DNA of 64,000 nucleotides from Mayamaea pseudoterrestris. Taxonomy: Eukaryota. Below, one piece after another: positions 47,801 through 57,270 of this stretch. The stretch lies in contig BROI01000016.1 of NCBI GenBank assembly GCA_027923505.1, positions 186,001 to 250,000 on the forward strand, given 5' to 3'. Under the pieces are notes generated by a model, which was not told the origin of the DNA, did not search any database, and was given only the letters and a program-made list of their open reading frames with translations. Made by a program: the position numbers and the translations under genes. The first letter of the stretch is position 1, and every line of letters starts with the position of its first letter.

Positions 47801-49219
47801 GCAATGGAGGATCTGGACGTACTCATGTTTGTCAGGCCATTGAAGGAGCTCAAGACGTTGCGCGACGGCACCGTCGGCAAAGTTTATGCCAAATATGAAG
47901 TCGAGGTTCCTCTGTTCGTCACGTCATGGGCTCCGCACAAACCGGATCCTCGCCTCGCAGGTCTACCGGCATTTCTGGAGAAGGATCCGTACCATAAAGC
48001 CGAATTAGTTGTTACGCATCGACAGTCCTTGCAAGACAACCCGAATGTTACCAAAAAGGGTGGGAATGCTTACGTGTTTCCGGCTCCGAGAGGCCTGAAG
48101 AGGGACCGGAAGCGATCGACTGCTGCGCGCGGTTTGCATACGAATGCTCATGGATTGTTTAGCTTTAATGGGACAGATTCCGTGAATCATTTATGTATTG
48201 GCGCCGCTTCACCAACTCGCTATTTACAAAAAGAATTTGTACAGCATTGCCCATTGCCTCTGCGTGCTCGTCAATGGGGACCAAGAGGGCAGGCGACGAC
48301 ACCTGTCTTATTCAATCGGCCGGCTAAGCTTCGGGCTTGTGCGACGGCACCGCAAACAAGATTTTTGGCTGGTGGAATCATGCTTGCTGGATTGCTGCTC
48401 TCGTTTACATCAGGAGCAGCAGCAAGTCGAGACGTTATGACGCATGGTGGAGCGCATGCACTATTTCAACCTGCTACTCGCTTACAAAAAGGCCACGGAT
48501 ACTCGCAAGCAATTGATGATTCCAATACCTTATCGTCGTGGCCCAAGTCCTATGACGCGGCCCCGCCTTTGCAGTTTGAACATGGTACGACGACTCTTTC
48601 TTTTATTTTTGAGCATGGTATGATTGTTGCTGTCGACTCTCGCGCCAGTTTGGGATCTTTCGTAGGCAGCAAGACGGTTGAAAAGGTTCTACCCATTCAT
48701 TCGCACATGCTTGGCACCATGGCTGGTGGCGCAGCTGACTGCAGCTTTTGGATTCGCAAGATTCGAGCGCAAGCCAAACTACATGAATTACAGTACGACG
48801 GCGAACGATTGTCTGTGACCCGGGCGAGCCGCATGCTCGCCAACGCCTTGTACGAGAATCGAGCGCTGGGCTTGTCAGTGGGAACCATGATGGTCGGCTA
48901 CGATGGCAGCAAGGCCAAGATATTCTACGTGGACAATACTGGCATGCGGATGGAAGGCGACATGTTTTCCGTCGGTTCGGGCAGCACCTACGCTTTGGGT
49001 ATTTTGGACACGGAGAGGCGCTGGAACATGAGCGTCGAGGAAGCGGTGAGCTTGGGCATCAAGGCGATTCGTCACGCCACCTTTCGCGACGCTGGGTCTG
49101 GAGGATGGATTAATGTATATTTGATTACTAAGAAGGATGGATGGAAGCATGTTTTTGCTCAGGACCTTGCTGGTCTGATTGTGACGACCGACGAAGTAAG
49201 AGGCGATTCGTCAGCATAA
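44870..49219 (+). CDS. XRN1-type 5'-3' exoribonuclease fused in frame to proteasome subunit beta5
   Basis: XRN motifs: MGVPKFYRWLSERYP, LYIDMNGIIH, AIDGVAPRAKLNQQRARRY, NAITPGT, PGEGEHKIM, DGDLIML, GNDFLPH, WYYPYHYGP, PFEQLL. Beta5 motifs: HG/TTTLSF...AVDSRAS...TMAGGAADC...FSVGSGS...RDAGSGG, with Thr1 at 48587. No stop codon between the two parts. Confidence 0.92.
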   Translation: MGVPKFYRWLSERYPKIMQRRGVRPDVDRAMEHLGRTAVWMPQPQGDLDTAAEGTDKKLSIESLNLKQSSLPLPDPLSESGLFPEIDRLYIDMNGIIHGCSHSNQTDTEGTSNVSMQEICSNVCYYLDRVVKEVAKPNELVYMAIDGVAPRAKLNQQRARRYRSGKEGEIERTVYDAHVQAMEKEKLASLEEQSLGVEQEELRHAASRMQSVDDYETLLDHESIANSQQQQEHEQSSFTSSNPVKELQDGRFTGKFETQAPAEIENDDVLDESATDSSTATTTNKFHSNAITPGTPFFQECTERILEFIQDRIKHDDDWSKLQVIFSGPNVPGEGEHKIMQFIREQRSLPDYNPNLRHCIMGQDGDLIMLGLATHEPNLMLLREQVLFDKRAVDRDDMAGEIPSLDFYLFNANFELLHMNVLRDYLAYELETILPDNPFCLERSIDDFVFLTFLVGNDFLPHMPALDIADEAFDLLFYTYRALRKQWVKQSPKNPYLTNTGNIVSGKRLEGFLAAIGAHEGKYYDYKDSVVDLDVRRAREIKYGRPQTPSDAVLERKEESDRMRYRAMVESAATGNASLHSDFTPVLSAATLSKDDKEHERQVEQLHKLLQLSVSDTKSIANVIDDTDLKGRYYADKFDFSPFDADKHIALRKAYMEGLVWNLKYYYEGCVSWEWYYPYHYGPFMSDLVGLDDLLAEITFEGKLGAPLKPFEQLLACLPPSHAHLLPKPYRRLMRNKTSPIADFYPPSFVIDMNGKRLPWEAVVLLPFIDSNRLINAASAVEENTLTDEERQRNSLVDTIVMSSSVTDGGDERHLSIVPFATSQWKFKKRKKAPVLHPKVLPGTETPLPGLPTLRDGSITGLWRKYIPLNVHGGRSRYKIACLEMQNAIPEIIPLDAIARQFIGTAVVINYPHFIEGLVTAVSDSSGFIRGTEHRLVSWTAQELADRKNRAREVVASYVVGEKLVGTGGLALAAGRTAMEDLDVLMFVRPLKELKTLRDGTVGKVYAKYEVEVPLFVTSWAPHKPDPRLAGLPAFLEKDPYHKAELVVTHRQSLQDNPNVTKKGGNAYVFPAPRGLKRDRKRSTAARGLHTNAHGLFSFNGTDSVNHLCIGAASPTRYLQKEFVQHCPLPLRARQWGPRGQATTPVLFNRPAKLRACATAPQTRFLAGGIMLAGLLLSFTSGAAASRDVMTHGGAHALFQPATRLQKGHGYSQAIDDSNTLSSWPKSYDAAPPLQFEHGTTTLSFIFEHGMIVAVDSRASLGSFVGSKTVEKVLPIHSHMLGTMAGGAADCSFWIRKIRAQAKLHELQYDGERLSVTRASRMLANALYENRALGLSVGTMMVGYDGSKAKIFYVDNTGMRMEGDMFSVGSGSTYALGILDTERRWNMSVEEAVSLGIKAIRHATFRDAGSGGWINVYLITKKDGWKHVFAQDLAGLIVTTDEVRGDSSA

Positions 49220-49369
49220 GATTCACGAGAGACAACTCGAAGAAATAGTTCATAGGTTAAGTTGTTCTCAAAAATATACTGCTCGTAACGAGCAGTGTTG
49301 CTTTTGTCGTACTGAGCGTTTTACCGTACCCATTCATTCTCTTCCATTATACAAGACGCCCGAATCACT

Positions 49370-50587
49370 CTACTTTCTTTGAAACAAGTAATGCGAAACA
49401 ATCCACTCATTGCCTTGATCATATCCCCAGAGCTCTGCACACGCCATGTAGAAGAGACGCCAGTGCACGTACCACTCATATTCCTTGCCAGCTCCATAGG
49501 CTTGCGCCAAGACTGGCTGCAGCTTGCCGTTGCGCCAATTTTCATCCAACGTATTCAACCACGCCTCACTGGTGCGGCTGTAGTGCGTTCCATTGACCCG
49601 CCAATGGTTTTGAATACCAAATTCGTTGGCAAAGTACAGCAGCAAGTCGTCCGACGGCATGGTTCCGCCCGTGAAAAAGTGTTTGGCCATCCAACCATCC
49701 TCGAAATGATACGGCTGATCCTTGTGAGTGAAAATGTGGACAAACAAGCGACCGTTTGGTTTCAAAAAGGAATGAATCTTGGTGAACAATTGCTGGTAAT
49801 TCTTCATATGCTCCAAGAATTCCACCGTCATGACCAAATCGTTATTTTTGACAACGTCCAGTTTGTTTTGATCATTGCTCACATCGCAGGTAATCACATT
49901 GATATTGTCTACGTTCAAGCCACGTTCCTTGGCCGTCTTGAGAATATAGTCTCGCTGCGAATGAGAATTGGATATGCTGGTAATCTTGGTGGAGGGGTAG
50001 TGCTCGGCCAAGTATAGCGTCATACTTCCCCAACCGCAGCCCAAGTCGACAATGCTCATGTTCGAATCAGTGACTCCCGCACGCTGACAGTACAAGTCGA
50101 GCATGACTAATTCACTTTCCGCAAAGGTAGTTTCTCTGCTGGGCCAGTAGCCACTGGAATATTTTTTGCAGGGACCAAGACACAAGTCGTAAAAGGCGGC
50201 TGGCACTTCATAGTGCTGCTCATTGGCCGCCACGGTTTCAATGGCAATGGGAAGTTCCCTTAGTTGCTTGACAATGGCTAGTTTCGCAATCAAGTCTTGT
50301 TCCACGTCGCGTCCCGTAGGATGAAGCTCCACCAGGCGTCCCTTGAGTTGCATGCGAATGCCGAAACGCACCAAGAGATCGGGAAGGAGTCCCTTGTAAA
50401 CCAATGGAGTCAAGTAGTCGGATACACTGGATAACGTTTGCGCTAAAACGTCCTTGACGCGAGGAGCGAGCAGGCGGTAGGCGCCATACAAGATGACCAA
50501 GTGATGGACGCGCACGTCCGCGTAGCTTGTCGGAAAGTGCAGCTGACGGTGCGGCGAGAGCGACGTTGAGAATGGAGACGGTGACAT
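49370..50587 (-). CDS. SAM-dependent methyltransferase, CFA-synthase/coclaurine N-methyltransferase-like
   Basis: ANEQHYEVP, KYSSGYW, DLGCGWGS, SNSHSQR, EHMKNY, FFTGGTMPS, W..NGTHY..T.EAW. Confidence 0.9.
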   Translation of the reverse strand: MSPSPFSTSLSPHRQLHFPTSYADVRVHHLVILYGAYRLLAPRVKDVLAQTLSSVSDYLTPLVYKGLLPDLLVRFGIRMQLKGRLVELHPTGRDVEQDLIAKLAIVKQLRELPIAIETVAANEQHYEVPAAFYDLCLGPCKKYSSGYWPSRETTFAESELVMLDLYCQRAGVTDSNMSIVDLGCGWGSMTLYLAEHYPSTKITSISNSHSQRDYILKTAKERGLNVDNINVITCDVSNDQNKLDVVKNNDLVMTVEFLEHMKNYQQLFTKIHSFLKPNGRLFVHIFTHKDQPYHFEDGWMAKHFFTGGTMPSDDLLLYFANEFGIQNHWRVNGTHYSRTSEAWLNTLDENWRNGKLQPVLAQAYGAGKEYEWYVHWRLFYMACAELWGYDQGNEWIVSHYLFQRK

Positions 50588-51651
50588 TTTTATTGTCTGA
50601 AAGTCTCGTTCCTTTCCTGGTTAGTTGATGACAGAGTAGCTCTAGTACTTGCTTGCTTGTGTGACAGTGAAGGATTGCGTTCCTTGCTGAATGAAACGAG
50701 TCAGCGATGCACGATGGATCATGATTGGGAGGGATTATGGTGGAACGAGAAAAAGCGTTCGCGTGCGTCATTGATCGAAGCCACTACTCACACTACCGGT
50801 CCGACAAAGGTCACCGGTGCGATGAAAGTTGGGCACGCGCGCGCGCAAGGGGAGCTCCATTTATTTCATCGCTGCGATGGAAAAAGTGGCCGATGCGTGC
50901 GCAGCGAGCTATTTTGCGTCTTGCATGTTTGAAGTGTGCGATGTCCCGCGAAGCCACTTTGCTATACGACGGCAGACATTTTTAAGACGTCATAAAGTAG
51001 AGGAACATGAAAGTCACAACCCACCCAGTGAAATACAGCAAGAAGCGAAGGTCAATGGTAGCTTCCAAGTCTTCTCGCTCGTCGTTTTTATTTGCCGATC
51101 TCAGTCAAAGTTGAGCAGTTGACATTCATCACTCATCACATTCTTCCACTTTGTTGTCTGTTGTCCGGCCAGAGACAAGAAACGAAGCCATTAAATACAA
51201 GCACCGAGATGGAAACCGACCAATTTTGTAGCGCAGCAGACAGCTTATTCGAGACGAGATTCAATTGATATCGACATTGTCAGTGCCGACATGCGATCAG
51301 TGCGTTATATATACTCGCATTTACAAATCTATGTCAAGAAACTACACGACACTTGTTTAGCTGTAAGTCAATATAACAACAGTAAAATAAAGTTTGAAGC
51401 ATGCCGCTATCGTATCAATCTGTTGCAGGGCAAGTTTCGATTGCGCTGCAACGCTACATGAATGCTGCAGACTCGACTCGTTCACACCAAGCTTGCAAGT
51501 GACAGCACATTGATGCCAAGTTGACAGTGAATCAAGAGAATGAGTAGACGTCACTTTAGTAGGTATACACGTATTGCACACTTGAGTGCGATCCTGTCCC
51601 TTGCTGTCTATCGAACATGACATGACTCGAGAGTCTGCAAGTCTTCCCGGT

Positions 51652-52167
51652 TTAACATATCGTGCAGCTGTGAACCATGGGATCTGGAAACGAGTCTTCA
51701 TCATCGTCTGCAGCAAGATTGGCGCCGGATAGAGCAGGTGCGTCGTTCATGGCCGACGTAGACGATGCATGCGCAACCTTGCTCGAATCGTTCCTCCTTT
51801 CGGATGCAGCTGCTGCAGCCAAGGACTTGGCTTGACTTGCCGTCGTCGGCAGCATGAACTCCCAAACTCCAAGTCGTTCCAGTAGAATGTATCTGTGGCT
51901 GCCCGGAAGCATTTTGCCATGCAAAACATCGTTTCGTTGCCGCACAAGCCACGTGAACACTGGAGGATCGTTGCGACGAAGCGCTCTGAAGTGTTTATGC
52001 TTGGCGAAGTAAACCTCTAGCTCGGAAAAGTCTTTACGCCATTGCTTGTCCCACTTTTCTTGCTCTGCGGCTGTATGCTCTCGAATGTAGGTAGAGTGAT
52101 GAAGGCGATGCGAATATGGAGCAGCAGGTGACGATGCTGCATTCGTTTTTGCCGCAACTTTTGGCAT
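51652..52167 (-). CDS. Helicase-associated (HA) domain protein
   Basis: WRKDFSELEVYFAKHKH...FTWLVRQR...RYILLERLG matches the HA-domain pattern. First ATG at 52167. Confidence 0.65.
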   Translation of the reverse strand: MPKVAAKTNAASSPAAPYSHRLHHSTYIREHTAAEQEKWDKQWRKDFSELEVYFAKHKHFRALRRNDPPVFTWLVRQRNDVLHGKMLPGSHRYILLERLGVWEFMLPTTASQAKSLAAAAASERRNDSSKVAHASSTSAMNDAPALSGANLAADDDEDSFPDPMVHSCTIC

Positions 52168-52550
52168 GATTGTAGAACTCAATTGCTGAAATCGATGAAT
52201 CTTTATGTGGCTGTAGACCAAGTCTTTGTACTAATTGTAAAGGGCACGAGCGAGATGCAAAGGTGATTGATGACCTGACGATGGAACGATTCTGTCGGTT
52301 GAATTCGACCGCGCCGTCGCGCGCAATCCTTCGTGTGACCGTCGGTCGTTCGTCAGGTCATCAAGACATCAAGATTTTGTGACACGCTGCGACAGCGACA
52401 GCAAGTTTTTGCTACTGTACTCAAGTCAAAACGCAATGCATATTGGAGCAGCGAAGTGCTCGGTACTTGTACGCCAGGACACTCATCATGACAAAAATTA
52501 AACTAGTTTTTATTTATGCATTCAAAAGGCTACCATACAGCAGCCATTGT

Positions 52551-54037
52551 CTACCAGTATTCTGGTTTCCCAATAACTCCCGTCGTCGCCAACGTTTCGT
52601 CTACCGCTGCATCCAATGGCGGCGGCTGCAGGACAATGGCATCTCCAACGTCCCTCATGCTATTCTTCGATAGCTGATAGAGCGGCATGAGTTTGAATGG
52701 CTGCTCCAGTAGATGCGAAATCTCATCCAAACCAAGCATGGCGTAACCTACGACGGTTGTTGTAACAATCGTCCCCACTGCATTGAGCAAACCACTTCCG
52801 CGCAGCGCCAGCGGAAGACATGCCAAGTAAAAGGTCAGAAGCAATCCAGTGTGCGCCGTATAGAGCGGAGGAATGGGTGAGGCAACGATACGTTCCGTGG
52901 TGGTGATGCACTCGTTGAGTGATGAAGCAACATGATCCAAGGCAATCTCTGCCGCCGTTGACAGTTGGTGCTGCTCGGCCATGTGATGAAAGACTTGACG
53001 AAGGCGACCAACAATGGCCACGGGTGGTTTGCGATGCTTTAGTACAAAGTCAGCGTCAACTGCAGAAAGCATTGTCTTGACAATATCATCATCCATCGGT
53101 CCGCCGCGCAAAAAGTGTTTCAGCAACCATCCCACCAGTGAAACATGTCGCAAACATTTCAAGCCTAAACGCTCATCATGAGGATACACAAAGGCGGAAA
53201 TGAGCTGCGCCATGTCGCGCGTATGGAGTACAACTTTTCCAAACGCGACGCGTCCCTGATTGAGTCGATCCAATCCTTGGTTGCTTCGCAGCGTTAACAA
53301 GGCAGCGACAAAGGTTGACAGCAGCGACAATGGAGTCAATGGAAGTGAAAACTTTTGAAGTAAATTGCAGTTTCTGGAAAAGAGCCAAGTGCACAGAATA
53401 CTCCATGAAATGAGAACTGCCATTTGCGGAAAGAGTCGTTTGAAGAGTGGCGACGTTGGAAAGGCTTTGAGCGTATCCACATATCGCCATCGACTCGTAT
53501 GTTCGTCCCAGTCGTCAAGTGACCTGTAGAAGTATAACATTAAAGTGAAGAGGAGAATGATTTGATGAGCTAAAGGTTGGAACAAAAGCAGCAAATGAAT
53601 TGCTTTTGGATGCTTGCATAGCCTGCTTCCTTTCCGCTTTCTCGTCTACAATCCGTTCATCCAAGCCAATCGTGACTGCTGCTATTCTGATATTCGTACC
53701 ATGTTCGACTGAAGCAAAGCTGCGATGCGTCATTGAATGGCGGAGGAATCTGTTCGTCGCGTGGATTCTTGCGCAAATCGTTCAACACTTTGGCAAGGTC
53801 GGAACTGAAGCGAACGATCGAGTCTTTTGATGATTGCCGCTGCAATGCTGATGGATTAGTATCGGACACTCTTGCTTCTATTGCTGCTGCCGAGGAAAAC
53901 AGTAGAGACGACTTAGATACTGGTCTCGCTGTCGAAGCAGCAGGTGCAAGTGCCAATGATTCATGACAATCAAACGCGACGACGAGCAACGCGATGATGA
54001 AAACAGTCGAGCCTCTTCTATTAGCTGCAGCAGCCAT
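52551..54037 (-). CDS. Bestrophin-like (UPF0187/YneE) channel with bipartite plastid-targeting presequence (intron 53524-53699)
   Basis: Signal peptide plus Ser/Ala/Arg-rich transit peptide. Splicing gives FSRTWSLDDWDEHTSRWRY. Motifs LLTLRSNQG..R, ERIVASPIPPLYTAH and GLDEISHLLEQPF. An alternative ATG lies at 54055. Confidence 0.88.
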
Positions 54038-54230
54038 GATGAGATTTTGAATCATGCTAGTGATTCGTTTCTGGTTTAATCAATGCGTTCAGCTTGCGAT
54101 TATATACTTTCCATGCTGTTTGTGCAATGCAATCGCTTGTCATGCAAGGCCTTTCCAATCCGCATCACACGCGAGGTCGCAATGGAGCATTTCCCGCTAC
54201 GACATTATTTACAAGTCACGAGTGAGTCCA

Positions 54231-54560
54231 GCTGAGACTGGTAAGAACTTCTCACCAGTCACAATGCCATCCCCTGAGACACCAGCCAAGCATACCACCT
54301 TGTAGCTCAGCCGAAGTTATGTTGTTGGAACCACTCTGGTGTAATTTAAGCATAAACATGGCTTGCCGTAGGGGTGTCTGAATGTCAAGGCATCTTTGGG
54401 CTGAGACTGGTGACAAGTTGTCACCAAATACATTTCCATCCCTTGTGACACCAGCCAAGCCAACCATCTTGTAGCAGCAGCATAAATAATGATGTAAGCA
54501 CCAATCTGGTGTAATTTGGGTGTATACATGGCTTGCTGTAGGGTCGTTTGAATGTTCTGG
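54231..54560 (-). repeat. ~2 divergent inverted copies of the 169-bp satellite
   Basis: CTGAGACTGGTGACAAGTTGTCACCAAATACATT at 54401 and a more diverged copy at 54232. Confidence 0.88.
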
Positions 54561-55051
54561 CAGTCCCTGTCGCAGAACTTGGAGACTGCAGGGGCTAGTA
54601 ATGATTGCATTGCATTTCTGACATCATGAAACATTGCCTGTCAACTGCCAGCTATCAATTCATACTTCTCTGACTGTTGGAGTGGGTTATTACAGCCAGC
54701 TACTGCAGTCAAGTCTGGGGCCTCAAAATTCAGGCAGTCCCTGTCACAAAACTTGGAGACTGCAGGGGCTAGGGATCAAGCATTGCACTTTTGTCATATT
54801 GAAACAATGCCTGTCAACTGCCAGCTATCAATTCATATTTCTCTGGCTGCTGGAGTGGGTAATGGCAGCCAGCTACTGCGGACAAGCCTGGGGACACAAA
54901 TAGTTCTGGCAGTCCCTGTCACAGAACTTGGAGACTGCATGGGCTAGTAATGAATGCATTGCACTTTTGACATCATGAAACAATGCCTGTCAACTGCCAG
55001 CTATCAATTTATTCCTCACAGGCCGTTGAAGTGGGTAAGGGCAGCCAGCTA
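54559..55051. repeat. Tandem repeat, 174-175-bp unit, ~2.8 copies
   Basis: GGCAGTCCCTGTC...ACTTGGAGACTGCA...TGCCTGTCAACTGCCAGCTATCAATT starts at 54559, 54733 and 54908. Confidence 0.9.
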
Positions 55052-55252
55052 GTACGTGGGACAGATTCATTACCGTACCGACATGATGACTTTTTGCCTC
55101 ACCGCTTGATCGAAGAGATTCGCCTTCCATGAAACTGCATCGAAATCAAATTGATCGCTCCATTGGCATGCATGTTTGTCAGCCATCGACTCGTGTCGCT
55201 GCTTTGAAAAGTGTATTATTGATCAGATAGAAGTTGTAGGTGTGGCGACGAC

Positions 55253-56992
55253 ATGACCACGAAGCCAAAGCAACAAGCGACGCAGCTGTCGCCTCCTGCT
55301 CGCCTCCATGGATATGGTGCGATTAACGTTACGAATCAACTCGATGATTCGGTTCCTTCCATTCACAGCCAACAGCCAGAAATAGATTTTGAATCTCCAA
55401 GAAAGATCCCATTGCTGACCATGGCTGTTGCCAGCGTTGCAGCAATCCTCTTGGTGCTTCTAGCTGCTGCAGCGACTACCTCCAATCAAGCTGCAGCGTC
55501 GTCATCCATTCTTCGCTCACCAAGAAACGCCGCCATTCTCAACGACGGCCGCCATCACGTGTCGGAGGACACATGGACGCCCCTCTACTACAAGCAGCAA
55601 ACGGTGAATCACTTGGACAAGCATGACAAGCGCACCTATTCGCAAAAGTATTTTGAAGACGATTCGCATTTCCAAGGCCCTGGCAGTCCAATCTTTGTCG
55701 TTCTCGGCGGCGAAGACCCCTTGACGAATCTCATAGTTCCATTCGTCTATGTAAACATGGCCAAGGAGTATGGTGCAGCGACCATTGGCATTGAGCATCG
55801 CTACTTTGGCGATTCGTATCCGGTCAAGCACTACACTAGCAAGGATTTGCGAGCTTTGTTGACGCCACGACAAGCCATTGAAGACTTTATTCAGCTCATT
55901 CAATGGTACCGACTTTCCAAGGGATGCAGTTTAGACAAGAATTCACCAAAGTACTGTCCAGTCATTACAGTCGCTGGTTCCTATCCAGGTTTTTTGTCGG
56001 CACTCATGCGACTCAACTATCCGGACATTGTCGACATTGGCTACGCTAGTTCGGCTCCATTGACGCTGTATGGACAGCATGCCGATCCATACGCATACTT
56101 TGACTACGTTTCGCATGTTGCCGACGAAGCAGTGCCGGGATGCAAAGATGCAGTGCGAACAGCCGTCTACGCATTGCACGACTATTTGCACAAGGAGCAA
56201 GCCTCCAAAAAGACAATATCCGACTACGCCAAGGAGTTTTCCATTTGCAAAAACGGCGTTCCGAAGTACATTTACGAAAACGAAGATCCTATTCACATGT
56301 TTTGGACCGAAGTCAATGCCATTATTGTTTCGCACTTTGCCGAAGCAAACATGGGGTATTATCCACCTGGTCCAGACACGGAACTGGAGCAAGCCTGTCG
56401 CATATTCCTGCATAACGACACTATGCAAACCAAGATTGGCAACTTTTTAACCATGAGATCAGACTGGGACAAGACTGGCTGCTTTGACATGCACAGTGAA
56501 CTGCCAGCTGGTAACCACAATGCAACCATTAGTGCGAGCGACTGGTCCGGCATGGGCGACGGTGAAACGGCGCTCATGTGGGAGTTTCTATCCTGCCAGC
56601 TGCTTCCGCCCCTCTCGCAGGGACCGTCGAGCATGTTTTACCCACGCGCCTGGACACTGGAATGGATGACACAAAAGTGTCAGGCTCGCTTTGACTATAC
56701 GCCGAGCCTGCAGGCTTTGGAGGAGGAGTTTCAGTTTGACGACTTGAGTAACGTCAAGCACTTGCTGTTTGTCAATGGAATTCGCGATGCCTGGTCGCTC
56801 ATGAGCATTACCGTGCCGCCGCCAGATAGTGAGATTGTAGTGGTGAACGTTGCGCAGGGTGCTCACTGCAAGGACTTTTACGGACCGGGCTTGCTGGACA
56901 CGCCCGACATGGTGCAGGCTCACGCAAAGATTGATCAGACGATTGGAATTTGGTTAAAGGAGATTGCGGCGGATAGAAAAGCTATCAGTTAA
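55253..56992 (+). CDS. Serine carboxypeptidase family S28 (Pro-X carboxypeptidase-like)
   Basis: PIFVVLGGE, EHRYFGDSYP, QAIED, AGSYPG (Ser), ASSAP, NGIRDAWS (Asp), GAHCKD (His). N-terminal TM anchor. Confidence 0.92.
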   Translation: MTTKPKQQATQLSPPARLHGYGAINVTNQLDDSVPSIHSQQPEIDFESPRKIPLLTMAVASVAAILLVLLAAAATTSNQAAASSSILRSPRNAAILNDGRHHVSEDTWTPLYYKQQTVNHLDKHDKRTYSQKYFEDDSHFQGPGSPIFVVLGGEDPLTNLIVPFVYVNMAKEYGAATIGIEHRYFGDSYPVKHYTSKDLRALLTPRQAIEDFIQLIQWYRLSKGCSLDKNSPKYCPVITVAGSYPGFLSALMRLNYPDIVDIGYASSAPLTLYGQHADPYAYFDYVSHVADEAVPGCKDAVRTAVYALHDYLHKEQASKKTISDYAKEFSICKNGVPKYIYENEDPIHMFWTEVNAIIVSHFAEANMGYYPPGPDTELEQACRIFLHNDTMQTKIGNFLTMRSDWDKTGCFDMHSELPAGNHNATISASDWSGMGDGETALMWEFLSCQLLPPLSQGPSSMFYPRAWTLEWMTQKCQARFDYTPSLQALEEEFQFDDLSNVKHLLFVNGIRDAWSLMSITVPPPDSEIVVVNVAQGAHCKDFYGPGLLDTPDMVQAHAKIDQTIGIWLKEIAADRKAIS

Positions 56993-57270
56993 AGCAGACA
57001 AATAGAATAAATTATTACCTATACCCGCTGGGTACCTCATATAGTGCATTGATCGACTGTATCTCACAGGCTGTGCTGGGCAAGGTTGTTGGCCAGGAAC
57101 TGATAGCTATCATCACGACGGAAATCCAGCGATGAAGTCATTCATGGTGCGACTTTTAAGAACCGGACCGACATTTTAACGTCGTAACGCACGTTGCAGC
57201 GACGACCACCACAAGCAAAAGCCAACCCGAATCAAAGCAACCCACCTTCTTCTTCCTCTTTCAATCAATC

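Noticed and set aside
49379..50017. 212-aa antisense ORF and similar overlapping ORFs throughout the window
   Set aside because: Shadow frames of well-supported genes, with no recognisable motifs.
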